NCBI GenBank assembly: GCA_944389515.1
Contig: CALXMQ010000001.1
Span: 7,079-71,078, forward strand
Origin: an uncultured Alphaproteobacteria bacterium
GTDB taxonomy: Bacteria; Pseudomonadota; Alphaproteobacteria; Rs-D84
Reading direction: 5' to 3'
DNA length: 64,000 nucleotides
Below, in pieces: positions 33,569 to 43,653 of this stretch (the first letter of the stretch is position 1; every line of letters begins with the position of its first letter). The notes under the pieces are model-generated. The model was not told the origin of the DNA. It saw only the letters and a list, made by a program, of their open reading frames with translations, and ran no database searches. The position numbers and the translations under genes were made by a program.

Positions 33569-34561
33569 GTGTCAGGTATAATTTTATTAGAACCACAATG
33601 GGCGTTTTCTTATTCTTCACCAACCGATGGGGGGTGCAGAATTATTGGTAATTGTTCCGACGTCATCAGTTCTGCGGGTGGAACAGGCGAGTTAGGCAAT
33701 TATATAAATTTGACACCGTGGTCAGGCGGAACGTCTATATGTTATTATCCGACAGGTGGTTCTGGATTGGTTGGTGAATATATGCGTGATGATTGCGTTA
33801 TGTTTAGTGTTACTGGTGGTCAGGCCTATGCACATGAATGTCCGGCATGCAATACTGGGTATGAACTGGTGCCAACCGAATATACATTTGGTGATTGTAA
33901 AATGATATTAGACACGTGTGTCGAAGAAGATTGTGTTATAACAAATGGTGCGTGTCCTGGTACTTTGCCGCCTGCGATTGCAAATTGTTCTTCTGCATCA
34001 ACGTTTTGTTTTGGTGGAACAACATATGTCAGTTGTGATGTATGCCTCAGCAGTTATAATCGGGCGTTAAAAGAAACGATAACGGTTGATGGATGCGATA
34101 ATGTGTTGAATCTGTATCAATGCAATAAAGGATTTGTTCCTGCGGATCCATGCGCAGATTGTACGTCTGATTCACAATGGACTTTTGTTCCTGGGGGATC
34201 AACGGTTAGTTCGGGTGCATATAAACGTGTGTATCGTGAATGCAAAACAAGCAGTATGGGAATTGAGTATTGTGCAGAAGAAACAAAATGGTCTTGTTTT
34301 TCTGGGTATTATGGGACGCTGACGGACACAGGAGATGACAGTTTTTCTGGACGTTGCACCATATGTCCATCACCAACAGGGGAAGATGCGGATAGAATTG
34401 ACAGTGATATCGGAAATAACCGCAGTATTACGAGTTGTTATATCCCAGCAAATACAAATGTGGTTGCAAACGAAGGAACGTATCAGTTTACAAGAGATTG
34501 TTCGTATTCAAATAGTGTTGTTGTTGGACCACCGGTCAGTGGTGGCGAAGCCGCACAATAA
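33569..34561 (+). CDS. Cys-rich secreted protein, family B (start uncertain: GTG 33569 or ATG 33458)
   Basis: Motifs: CPACNTGYELV, CFSGYYGTL, CTICPSPTGE, SCYIPANTNVVANEGTYQFTRDCSY. In this copy the leader uORF has no stop and is in frame with the CDS. The product may therefore start at 33458 (MPKINHRLKSAF...) or at GTG 33569 after the leader. Confidence 0.65.
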   Translation: MSGIILLEPQWAFSYSSPTDGGCRIIGNCSDVISSAGGTGELGNYINLTPWSGGTSICYYPTGGSGLVGEYMRDDCVMFSVTGGQAYAHECPACNTGYELVPTEYTFGDCKMILDTCVEEDCVITNGACPGTLPPAIANCSSASTFCFGGTTYVSCDVCLSSYNRALKETITVDGCDNVLNLYQCNKGFVPADPCADCTSDSQWTFVPGGSTVSSGAYKRVYRECKTSSMGIEYCAEETKWSCFSGYYGTLTDTGDDSFSGRCTICPSPTGEDADRIDSDIGNNRSITSCYIPANTNVVANEGTYQFTRDCSYSNSVVVGPPVSGGEAAQ

Positions 34562-34574
34562 TTCAAAATTATCA

Positions 34575-34608
34575 AAATATTGGGGCAAATTTATTTGCCC
34601 CAATATTT
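34575..34608. terminator. Bidirectional terminator hairpin overlapping the polA stop
   Basis: AAATATTGGGGCAAAT-tt-ATTTGCCCCAATATTT is a perfect long palindrome between convergent genes. Confidence 0.6.
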
Positions 34609-37365
34609 TCCAATTACATAATCTGCTGCCAATGGCACGGACAATTTTGCAACGTTTTCCATTGCCGATTCGATTTGTTGGGCAAAATCGTTTGCCACAT
34701 TTTCATCGCATTCAAATATTATTTCATCGTGAACCTGCATAATCATTTTGATTTTATCTGGGTTTGGTTGCACGATGTCGCGGTCAATATTTACCATGGC
34801 ACGACGCATTAAATCAGCCTCGAACCCTTGGATAGGGGCGTTTATTGCGGCGCGCATTGCGTATGCACGCATGCGTGGATTTCTTACCTCTGGTAATTCT
34901 ATGCGGCGTCCCCATGGGGTATATACGCACGCATGTGTTGTGGCAAAATCTTTGATGTATTCAATATATTTTTTTATTTCAGGTAACCCAGCCATATATG
35001 AATTTATTATGTTTTGGGCATCTGGGCGTGATATGCCCAGTTGACCAGATAATCCAAATGATGATATTCCATATATGATTGAAAAGTTTACTGTTTTTGC
35101 CGCACGACGCAAATCACGTGGCACGGGTGCATCTGATGCAATGCCGAATATCTGGCGTGCTGTTTGTTCGTGAATATCACGACCGGCGTTAAATGTTTCT
35201 TTGAACGTATGAACATCTGCGACATCTGCCAACAAGCGCAGTTGAATTTGTGAATAATCTGCGGATATCAGTACACGTCCATTTGGTGCAACAAAGCATT
35301 TTCTGATTTCTTCGCCCAATTCTGTTTTTATTGGTATGTTTTGCAGATTGGGGTCACGGCTGGACAGGCGGCCGGTGTTCGTACTGGTTTGTAAATATGT
35401 GGTATGAATACGACCGTCTGATGCGATTTGGCGCGGCAATGCGTCAGCGTATGTGCCGGCAAGTTTTGCGATTGAACGCCAATTTAGTATTTTTTCAATT
35501 ATTGGGTGTGTGTCCAGCAAATCATTTAATGTTTCAGCGTCTGTTGAACGCTTTTTATTTGCCGGCAGATTTAATTCATCAAATAATATTGTGGCCAGTT
35601 GTTTGGGACTGGCGATATTAAATTCATGACCGGCCATTTGCCATATTTCTGATTCCAGTTGGGTCAGTTGATTATGAAATACGCCCGATAATTGTAACAG
35701 ACCATCACGATTGACCAATACACCGGCGCGTTCCATTTTTATTAAAACAGGCATCAATGGCAAATCACATGTTTCATATAATTCGCGTAATTTGTCATTT
35801 TTATTCAGTTGTGGACGCATCAGTTTATACAATGCCATGCAAATTGTTGCATCTTCGGCGGCATATGGTGTTGCCGCAGATATATCCAGTGTATCAAAAT
35901 GCATATCTGCGTCACGTGTTTTGGGTGGAAACAGTGATGAAAATGGTATGTTTATATGCGCTAAATATTTTTGTGCCAATTCATCTAAACCATGGCCGTG
36001 TAATGTGCCATGTAATGCATATGATATCAGCATTGTGTCATCAACTGGGGATATTTGATATATATCCCATCCATCATTTGCAAACATGTGCAAATCAAAT
36101 TTCAGGTTATGTCCAACCTTGGTAATATTTTTGTTTGTAAATATAGGCCACAGTTTTTTATATACGGTATCAATATCCAACTGATTTGGGGCGATTGTAT
36201 TTTCTGTGAATAAATCATCACTGCCAATACGGTGGCGAATCGGAATATATACCCCATGCGAATCGTTTGTTGCCAGTGAAATGCCAACTATTTTAGAATC
36301 CAGATAATTCAGCCCGGTGGTTTCTGTATCAATGGCGATGACATCGTCAACAGTTGCCAGAAATTTATCCAGTTCATCAACGGTTGTAATTGTTTCTGAT
36401 GTCAGTTGTTTATTTTTATTTGTTTGGGTTGATTTTTGTTCTGGTTCGATACCACAATCTGATGCGGCAAATTCAAATATTGTTGGTTGTGGCCCCGCGT
36501 TGAATTTATCCATTGGGAACAGTTTTTCTATTTTAGCAACCAATGAATTACTTTCTAATTTTTCACGAACAAAATTTAATGCAGTTGGGGTATTAAATAT
36601 AAACGGTGTGATTTTCAACCCAGATAAATCAACGTCTGTTTTTAATGTTACCAGTTGCTTGGAAATATATGCGCTGTCACGATTATCACGTAAAATATTG
36701 CGTGTACGTTCGTTTGGAATATCGTCCAGGTGTTTGAATAATTCGTCCAAAGAACCAAATTTATTTATCAGTTCTGCGGCCTTTTTGGGACCGATTCCAG
36801 GAACGCCAGGAACATTGTCAGACGAATCGCCCATTAAACTTTGTATATCAATAACCTGGTCTGGGCGAACGCCAAATTTTTCTAAAACCTGGGGGGCACG
36901 GATTTCACGCTGTTTCATGCCGTCGTATAAAAACACGCAATCTGATACCAGTTGCATTAAATCTTTATCACTGGTGATAATGCGTGTTGCGTCGTGTCCA
37001 GTACAGTTTTCTTTTGCCAATGTTGCAATTACATCGTCGGCTTCAACCCCGGGGATACATAGTACTGGGATTCCCATGGCGGCGACACCTTCGCGTACCA
37101 GATATGATTGCGATATCAAATCGGCCGGGGTTTCAGTACGGTTGGCCTTGTACGCAGGATATATATCTTGGCGAAAAGAAATTCGCGATGCATCAAATAC
37201 ACATACAAATGAATCGTTCTGTTTTGCTGACGCCAATATTGGTAAAATCATATTGAAAAATCCGTAAACGGCACCAGTGGGTGTGCCATCACTGCGTGTC
37301 AGGCGACTGTGTACGCCATAATATGCGCGAAACAATATGGAATTACCGTCAATCAGCGTCAGCAT
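34591..37365 (-). CDS. polA: DNA polymerase I
   Basis: 924 aa with 5'-3' exonuclease (DGNSILFRAYY, GVPGIGPKKA), 3'-5' exonuclease (IAIDTETTGL) and polymerase motifs (LISADYSQIQLRLLA, RRAAKTVNFSIIYG, QVHDEIIFE). Confidence 0.95.
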   Translation of the reverse strand: MLTLIDGNSILFRAYYGVHSRLTRSDGTPTGAVYGFFNMILPILASAKQNDSFVCVFDASRISFRQDIYPAYKANRTETPADLISQSYLVREGVAAMGIPVLCIPGVEADDVIATLAKENCTGHDATRIITSDKDLMQLVSDCVFLYDGMKQREIRAPQVLEKFGVRPDQVIDIQSLMGDSSDNVPGVPGIGPKKAAELINKFGSLDELFKHLDDIPNERTRNILRDNRDSAYISKQLVTLKTDVDLSGLKITPFIFNTPTALNFVREKLESNSLVAKIEKLFPMDKFNAGPQPTIFEFAASDCGIEPEQKSTQTNKNKQLTSETITTVDELDKFLATVDDVIAIDTETTGLNYLDSKIVGISLATNDSHGVYIPIRHRIGSDDLFTENTIAPNQLDIDTVYKKLWPIFTNKNITKVGHNLKFDLHMFANDGWDIYQISPVDDTMLISYALHGTLHGHGLDELAQKYLAHINIPFSSLFPPKTRDADMHFDTLDISAATPYAAEDATICMALYKLMRPQLNKNDKLRELYETCDLPLMPVLIKMERAGVLVNRDGLLQLSGVFHNQLTQLESEIWQMAGHEFNIASPKQLATILFDELNLPANKKRSTDAETLNDLLDTHPIIEKILNWRSIAKLAGTYADALPRQIASDGRIHTTYLQTSTNTGRLSSRDPNLQNIPIKTELGEEIRKCFVAPNGRVLISADYSQIQLRLLADVADVHTFKETFNAGRDIHEQTARQIFGIASDAPVPRDLRRAAKTVNFSIIYGISSFGLSGQLGISRPDAQNIINSYMAGLPEIKKYIEYIKDFATTHACVYTPWGRRIELPEVRNPRMRAYAMRAAINAPIQGFEADLMRRAMVNIDRDIVQPNPDKIKMIMQVHDEIIFECDENVANDFAQQIESAMENVAKLSVPLAADYVIGKYWGK

Positions 37366-37380
37366 ATTTTCCCCATTTTA

Positions 37381-37917
37381 TTAAAATACATAACGCAGTT
37401 TCAGGCGCGCTTCGTATTGTAAAAAGTCTGGTTTCAGGCCAGCAAAATCATATATATCTGCGGCGTACAGGGCGCGACCTTCGATATCGACGTCAATCGG
37501 CAACACCGGGATGTCAAATGTTACACCCAACATAGCCTGGTACGCGGCGACCGAATCAATATCGATAAATCCTTCGTCTTGGCCACTGAATATATTTCCA
37601 ATACCGATTCCAATGTATGGCTTTACCATTGGCAGTGGCATTTTTGCATATGCATTTATCATGCCGATATGCATTTTTATGCTGTCTGCGTGCATATAGT
37701 CATATTCCAATTCAAACCGAAATACTGGGATATCAAACCCAATAACCGCGCCGTATGATTGGGCATTGCGGCTGACATCTGTGTCGTTGGCAAATATTGT
37801 TGCACCACCAACCGCAACAGTTGCGCCGGCATATACGTCAAATAATGCACCGGCATTGGCAGCGCCAGAAACTGATATAATCGCAGCGGTTAAAACACCT
37901 GCATATTTTAATTTCAT
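37381..37917 (-). CDS. Small outer-membrane beta-barrel protein (OmpX/OmpW-size)
   Basis: 178 aa with signal peptide ...SGAANA. Alternating hydrophobic pattern and C-terminal LKLRYVF beta-signal. Confidence 0.8.
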   Translation of the reverse strand: MKLKYAGVLTAAIISVSGAANAGALFDVYAGATVAVGGATIFANDTDVSRNAQSYGAVIGFDIPVFRFELEYDYMHADSIKMHIGMINAYAKMPLPMVKPYIGIGIGNIFSGQDEGFIDIDSVAAYQAMLGVTFDIPVLPIDVDIEGRALYAADIYDFAGLKPDFLQYEARLKLRYVF

Positions 37918-37962
37918 ATTTTTCTCCTTTGTGTGATATTATAATAAAAAAAAGAGAAGTAT

Positions 37963-38481
37963 ATGCAAGAAAATAAACCGATTTTAATTGTTGGATTGGG
38001 AAATCCAGGGGCACAGTATGAAAAGACACGTCATAATGTTGGTTTTATGGCGGTGCGGCATTTCGTTCCGGATGATGCCACATGGCGAAATGAATATGAT
38101 GCATTGACATATGTTGAAAATATTGACGGGCGACGTGTTATATTTGTGTTACCACAAACGTTTATGAATAACAGTGGCACGGCGGTTGGCGCATTGGCAC
38201 GGTTTTATAAGATTCCAAATGAAAATATAACGGTTATACATGATGATATGGATTTGAAAACGGGGGTATTGCGTGAAAAAATTGGCGGCGGCAGTGCTGG
38301 TCATAATGGTATAAAATCTGTTGATGCGGCAATCGGGTCAGATTATCGCCGTATTCGTATCGGAATTGGGCACCCACGTGATTTTGGTTTACCGATGGAT
38401 CCAGCTGATTGGGTGTTGGGTAAATTTACAGATTCAGAAATGGCACAAATCCAAGATGCCATTTCTAAAATCATTTTGTGA
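37963..38481 (+). CDS. pth: Peptidyl-tRNA hydrolase
   Basis: LIVGLGNPGAQYEKTRHNVGFM and GGSAGHNGIKS are canonical Pth motifs. Confidence 0.95.
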   Translation: MQENKPILIVGLGNPGAQYEKTRHNVGFMAVRHFVPDDATWRNEYDALTYVENIDGRRVIFVLPQTFMNNSGTAVGALARFYKIPNENITVIHDDMDLKTGVLREKIGGGSAGHNGIKSVDAAIGSDYRRIRIGIGHPRDFGLPMDPADWVLGKFTDSEMAQIQDAISKIIL

Positions 38482-38501
38482 TATTTTATTAAAATTTATA
38501 A

Positions 38502-41500
38502 TTATCCCCCTGGGGCGGATGTGCTGCGATATTCTAGCAACATGTTTTTGGGGATGTCTGTTACACATTGACTGGTTCCATCATTAGATGAACACCAAGA
38601 CCAGGTTGCGTCTTTGAAGTTACGAATAAATTCTGCGTTGCTGACTTCTTCTTTGGCACGATAGAAGCTGGCTGGATATTGCGCAACATTTGATTCATCA
38701 TATTGTGGCGTTATATATTTCCCATTGGCGGTTACAATGATATATGAACCTTTGCAAGTCAGTGTTTGCCCACCCGGATATGTGTCGGTTTTGTCGCTTG
38801 ATGCCATGGAACCCACACAGAACAGAAATGCCAGTTTGGCGTCTTCGGCTTCGCCGCCAACGGTGTAATATTCACTGGGTTGAAATGCGACAACAAATTC
38901 TGCATTATCTGGCATGCATAATCCCCCATCTTTGTCCTCAGGAATTGTACCGGTTACTGTAACACCAGTAGAGCCAAGTCCGGTATACTGTAATCCTGTA
39001 TTCCAATATGGGCTGGTGCCGTCCCAATCAACATTGTCTGTGTCTATCAACTTACCCAGACAACAATTACCAAAACCGTCACGACCACCGGCGGTATTAT
39101 CAGCGGCCTTGCAACAATTTTCATAACTGTTTTCACCCAATGTGATTGGAATACGCCAAAAGTTATTTGCTGGGCAAACTTCGCCGTCGTCTGACAGGTT
39201 GGCTTCGGATACGCATGTACTGGTTTGTGTTTCTGCGTCCCATTGCGGTATAAATCCTGGGCCACATGATGTATCACGGCAACTGTCGATTGCGTCGTCT
39301 GTATTAGTATTTTTTGCAAACCAAGACAATAATGTTTCTTGGCCATCTGTCAATATTTGATTGTGTGAATTCGCAGCGCTAAGGTTGCTGGCAGGGTGCG
39401 CTTCGCAGTTACCCCAAATTTGTTCTGTGATACGGCAAACCTGGCATTCGTCAGATTTTGATTTCGAATATAAACCTGTTTGTGTATCAAACCCACATTC
39501 ATTTGCGCATAAATCATATATGCACATGGTGTTGCTGGGTACCAGTTCGCCATCTTCGTTTTCTTCGGAAATAATGCATGATTTACCAGCAAAACCATCA
39601 ACCAATTCGTCATTGGTAATATCGTATGTGGCAGAACCGTTGGTTGTATAACGTACACCATACGTAGACGGATAAAATGAACCATTATATGTATCTATGA
39701 CAGATGATTCTTGGGTTGTAATTTGATTGATTGCATCAATACCAGCACTGGCCACGCAATCCATAACTTCGTCCCAACATGCCGTGCGGTTGATAATTGC
39801 CTTGCGGTTGACGGATGTTTGAATATCTTCGCATAAACCAAAGTTACCAGAAATTGATTTGCATGATTGGATAATGCATGCACGACCAACTTCGCGGCAT
39901 GTTTGCAGAATTGTTTCATATGTTTTGTCTGTGGCAATTTCTGTCATACCAGCGTTCCAATCTGTGCCGCCATCCACAGAATCTAATAATGCGGTACATG
40001 CCGTTTGCACTTCGGCACACATCTGTTTAACTGTTTTGTCCGCTTCGACACCAAAGATTGATAATGCGCGCGCATCAAATTCTTCGATGGATTCAGCCGA
40101 TTCGGTTAAACATTGGGTTGTCAATGTTGTACAACTTTGGCGGACTTCTTCCAGTTTATTTTCTTGGGCCAGTTTAATTTGTGCCAACGCATCTTCTATA
40201 AATGCATCCCATACATAATCAGCAATATCTTGGCAGTTTTCAGTTGCCGCTTCGAGATACATTTTTTTTGAATTCAAATATGATACAAATTTTGCGTTTC
40301 CTGGGGCACCAGTCCATGTTTGGTTGGCTTCGGGTCTGGTAATTAAACTGCCCAGATTTACCAAGTTAGATGTTAAAATCGCTTCGCCAGTTGATGGATC
40401 GATATATTGACCACTGATATCCAAACATTTTTGCAAATTTGTGCCACATACAGCCGTATCAGTCAGCATATCTAACATTTTTTTCTTGCATGTCAATATG
40501 TCGTCAGAATTGCGTTCTTGGTATATATCCAGTCGTGATATATCTAATAAAGCACTGCCTTCGCGGATTTTTTCACGTGCCAAATCTTGTTGGGTTTGAT
40601 ATGCCTTGGATACAGTATTGCAATCTTGTTCAATGGCCATTTGATATCCGCTTTCTACGATATCCAATTCATCTTGGGTGCAAACTTCCAGTGCCATTTC
40701 ACGACAAATTGGTAATGCGGCACTGTATAATTCTGTGCCTGTTTTGCTGGTCGTGGATGCGCCGGCCAATGAATCAACACTGTCAAATGCCGCCGCTGCG
40801 TTTAATGATAATGAAATCGGTGCCAGGTTAGAATCAAACGAACTGGTGTCAAATGTTGAATTTAATTTTTCAGATATTTCGTCTAATAATTCCTTGGATT
40901 TAGATTTGTCTTCTTGGTTAAATGCCAATTCGCCTTCGGTTGCCTGGTATATTGATTCTGCATCTTCTTTATCCATATTGACGGTCAACAGGCGTTGGTT
41001 AAAATCCAATAATTTATCTTCGACTTCGGCCAGTTGTGCCTTGACATTATCAAATTCATTGACGCGTGACGAACATGCACAGCGTTTTAATTGGCTGTCT
41101 TTATTGGCACAAAATTCATCCATACAGCTGTAATAAACTTCGCGGCATTGGGTATAGTCACGATTCATAATTTCTTCGGCAGTGACGCCGGCGCGTGCAA
41201 CACGACCAGAATTCCCAGTTACCGTGCGACGCGCAGTGGATGTGGCACCGCCAGATTTCACAGGTTGTGTTGTGGCCGCACGTGACAATGCACTGCGTGA
41301 TTGGGATGATGTATCTGAACGCATGTTGGATGTACGTTGTGACGTTGTTACACCACGCGAAACAGATGCGCTGGATAAGTTACCAGTGCGTGATACAGAA
41401 GTGGTATTTCCACGAATTGTTGCGGCGCGCGATGGTACAGAAATTGTTTTACCAGATGTTGTTGCACCACGCGACATTACATTTGATGTTGTTCGTGCAG

Positions 41501-41828
41501 ATACAGATTGGGTTGTGCCATTGGTTGTATTACGTGTGCCGCCGTCACGAACAACGACATTATCACGGGTTGTAACAGATGATGTTTCGCGACTGCGTAC
41601 ATTGGTGCCGGTGTTGGTAATATTTGTTGCGCGCGAAATCCCAGATGTTGTTGTGATTTGTGGTGTGTCGGTATGTGATTCTGAATTTTGGCGTACAACA
41701 GTTGTTGTTGCGTCACGACGTGTTGCGGCACGTGCAATCGCGTCCGCCGAATCATCAGCGTGCGCATATGGTATGCCCAGCATAAATACCGCCGTGCAGT
41801 ATGATAAAATCCGTTTGATTCCTTTCAT
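38502..41828 (-). CDS. Large Cys-rich secreted protein, family A paralog with a Thr/Arg/Ser-rich N-terminal region
   Basis: 1108 aa with signal peptide MKGIKRILSYCTAVFMLGIPYAHA. About 200 aa of T/R/S/N-rich low-complexity sequence precede CREVYYSCMDEFCANKDSQLKRCACSS. The body is long and Cys-rich. Confidence 0.85.
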   Translation of the reverse strand: MKGIKRILSYCTAVFMLGIPYAHADDSADAIARAATRRDATTTVVRQNSESHTDTPQITTTSGISRATNITNTGTNVRSRETSSVTTRDNVVVRDGGTRNTTNGTTQSVSARTTSNVMSRGATTSGKTISVPSRAATIRGNTTSVSRTGNLSSASVSRGVTTSQRTSNMRSDTSSQSRSALSRAATTQPVKSGGATSTARRTVTGNSGRVARAGVTAEEIMNRDYTQCREVYYSCMDEFCANKDSQLKRCACSSRVNEFDNVKAQLAEVEDKLLDFNQRLLTVNMDKEDAESIYQATEGELAFNQEDKSKSKELLDEISEKLNSTFDTSSFDSNLAPISLSLNAAAAFDSVDSLAGASTTSKTGTELYSAALPICREMALEVCTQDELDIVESGYQMAIEQDCNTVSKAYQTQQDLAREKIREGSALLDISRLDIYQERNSDDILTCKKKMLDMLTDTAVCGTNLQKCLDISGQYIDPSTGEAILTSNLVNLGSLITRPEANQTWTGAPGNAKFVSYLNSKKMYLEAATENCQDIADYVWDAFIEDALAQIKLAQENKLEEVRQSCTTLTTQCLTESAESIEEFDARALSIFGVEADKTVKQMCAEVQTACTALLDSVDGGTDWNAGMTEIATDKTYETILQTCREVGRACIIQSCKSISGNFGLCEDIQTSVNRKAIINRTACWDEVMDCVASAGIDAINQITTQESSVIDTYNGSFYPSTYGVRYTTNGSATYDITNDELVDGFAGKSCIISEENEDGELVPSNTMCIYDLCANECGFDTQTGLYSKSKSDECQVCRITEQIWGNCEAHPASNLSAANSHNQILTDGQETLLSWFAKNTNTDDAIDSCRDTSCGPGFIPQWDAETQTSTCVSEANLSDDGEVCPANNFWRIPITLGENSYENCCKAADNTAGGRDGFGNCCLGKLIDTDNVDWDGTSPYWNTGLQYTGLGSTGVTVTGTIPEDKDGGLCMPDNAEFVVAFQPSEYYTVGGEAEDAKLAFLFCVGSMASSDKTDTYPGGQTLTCKGSYIIVTANGKYITPQYDESNVAQYPASFYRAKEEVSNAEFIRNFKDATWSWCSSNDGTSQCVTDIPKNMLLEYRSTSAPGG

Positions 41829-41917
41829 CCTGTATCTTTATAGATAATGTTAGCAAAATTTTGAAATTTGGGGCAAGGAGAAATTAGTTATTTTTAATTC
41901 ATAATTTATGAGTATTT

Positions 41918-42002
41918 TGGTGCGAGCAGGGGGAATCGAACCCCCAAGGATTTTGTCCACAGCATCCTTAGTGCTGCGCGTCTACCGTTTCGCCATGCTC
42001 GC
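41918..42002 (-). tRNA. tRNA-Leu with anticodon AAG
   Basis: 85 nt: GCGAGCA-TG-GCG-AAACGGTAGA-CGC-G-CAGCA-CTAAGGA-TGCTG-TGGACAAAATCCTT-GGGGG-TTCGATT-CCCCC-TGCTCGC-ACCA. All four stems are perfect. The loop C-U-A-A-G-G-A places AAG at positions 34-36. Confidence 0.85.
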
Positions 42003-42159
42003 AATATGTACAACTTTGTGTTCTGCGTCCCGGCGGCACTTCGCTGCGCTGCGTAGTCGCCATGCCTGTGATTATTCATAAAATCTTACAAGAACATGTT
42101 TTTTTTTCAATCATTTTATGATAGAATATATTCGATATTAAGATGTAGGGGATATCAAA

Positions 42160-43632
42160 ATGAAAAAAGTTTCTTTACTTGCTTTGATGTTGGCGCCAAT
42201 CGCGGCAAATGCGGCTGGGACTTACTATACGGGGGCATATCAATCCCCACAAACCAGTTATGCGTCACAAACATATGCTGGACGGCAAACAGGGTATGCA
42301 AATCGGTATAATAATACGTACAGTGCGCCTTCGTATGCCAGTACGCGGTATAATTCGTATGGCAATAATGCTGTGACGGCACGGAATACGACAAACGCGC
42401 AATCACAGCAATCGGCAAGTAATAAGAAAACAGGATTTTGGTTGGATGCTGGAATTACACATGAAATGGCACAATGGCAAATGGAAATGAACCAATCTGG
42501 CAGTATTTTAAGCTATGATAATGTCGGTTGGAACGTATTTGATGTGTCCGCAGGGTATGCTTTTAGTGCTGGGAATACAACAATGCAGATTGATGCTGGT
42601 TTGAAATATGGTATGCAATGGGGTGAAAGCACCATGTATGATGACGATATTTCAAATGGCGGATTTTTGGTGACCACGTGGGTTGATGCGGTAACCGAAG
42701 ATGAAATTGGTGACCAGATTGGGCATGCAATGTCAATCGGTACCAGCCAAGGTGGCAACATGTTGGGATTTAATGTTGGGTTTGGGCTGACTGATATTTT
42801 CAAAATTGGTAATGTTACATTTACGCCGTCTGTGGGATATCGGTATTTGAAATATAAACTGGAAACAGAAAATAATTATGGTTTGTCAGTTGATACAACA
42901 GCATGTTTCCGGGTTGATGGCAGTGATGAAATTCAATGTGATCCGGCAATCGTTGTGAATCTGGGGGATGGCAGTCAACAAATTATTTGGCGTGATGATA
43001 TAAATGGCAGTATGGATGTGCCAGATAATGCAACCAGTATAAATACTGGCAGTACATATTATTATCAACAGCCCGGGGTCAGTCATTCATATGAAACAAC
43101 ATGGTCTGGGCCGTATATCGCGTTGGATATGGATTATATAATCAATCAAAACAATTCGGTCAATGGACGTATTGAATTGGGATTTCCTGGTTATTCGTCT
43201 GTTGGTGATCAACCGTATCGATTTGATTGGGCGCATCCGAAAAGTGTAGAAGATGAAGCCGGTATGTTTGGCGCAATTCATTTTGGATTGGGGGCAAATT
43301 GGCAAACTGCGATAACAGATTCTGTTGCATTGTCTGTGGGTTTGACATATGATTATTACAGTGTCAGCGGCGCGGATGCAAAAACATATCTGAATATGAC
43401 ATATTATAATGATTGGTATAATATGATTTTGGATGCATGGAAGACTGATTATCCAGATAATACCGAAGATTATATGTTGGGCAAGATAGAGGGCGTAACA
43501 GGTGATGCAACCGCGATAAATATTAAAAATTTAGAGGCACAATGTCCAGGTGGCGTTTGTTCGTCTGATGGTGAAATAGAATCTTTCTATAAAGCATTGG
43601 GAATTCGCGTCGGCATAAACGCTAAATTCTGA
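42160..43632 (+). CDS. Putative outer-membrane beta-barrel protein
   Basis: 490 aa with signal peptide MKKVSLLALMLAPIAANA. A Tyr/Asn/Ser/Gln-rich N-terminal segment is followed by alternating beta-strand patterns. C-terminal GIRVGINAKF ends in Phe. Confidence 0.75.
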   Translation: MKKVSLLALMLAPIAANAAGTYYTGAYQSPQTSYASQTYAGRQTGYANRYNNTYSAPSYASTRYNSYGNNAVTARNTTNAQSQQSASNKKTGFWLDAGITHEMAQWQMEMNQSGSILSYDNVGWNVFDVSAGYAFSAGNTTMQIDAGLKYGMQWGESTMYDDDISNGGFLVTTWVDAVTEDEIGDQIGHAMSIGTSQGGNMLGFNVGFGLTDIFKIGNVTFTPSVGYRYLKYKLETENNYGLSVDTTACFRVDGSDEIQCDPAIVVNLGDGSQQIIWRDDINGSMDVPDNATSINTGSTYYYQQPGVSHSYETTWSGPYIALDMDYIINQNNSVNGRIELGFPGYSSVGDQPYRFDWAHPKSVEDEAGMFGAIHFGLGANWQTAITDSVALSVGLTYDYYSVSGADAKTYLNMTYYNDWYNMILDAWKTDYPDNTEDYMLGKIEGVTGDATAINIKNLEAQCPGGVCSSDGEIESFYKALGIRVGINAKF

Positions 43633-43653
43633 TGGCGGTAAAACAGGTTGGGT

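Noticed and set aside
36317-37267. 316-aa plus-strand ORF, plus other long antisense ORFs (14343-15131, 28529-29278, 50595-51239, 51897-52652, 16152-16667)
   Set aside because: Each lies entirely inside and antisense to a gene with unmistakable homology (polA, dsbA-like, clpB, alpha-2-macroglobulin, pgk). Their translations are low-complexity Ser/Ile/Phe-rich with no recognisable motifs.
42003-42075. GC-rich patch upstream of tRNA-Leu(AAG) (GCGTCCCGGCGGCACTTCGCTGCGCTGCGTAGTCGCCATGCC), with GCATGGCGA resembling the tRNA 5' end
   Set aside because: The match to the tRNA is only about 9 nt and no cloverleaf can be drawn. It is more likely a small REP-like palindrome related to the island at 15763-16064. 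Evidence is too weak to call a feature.
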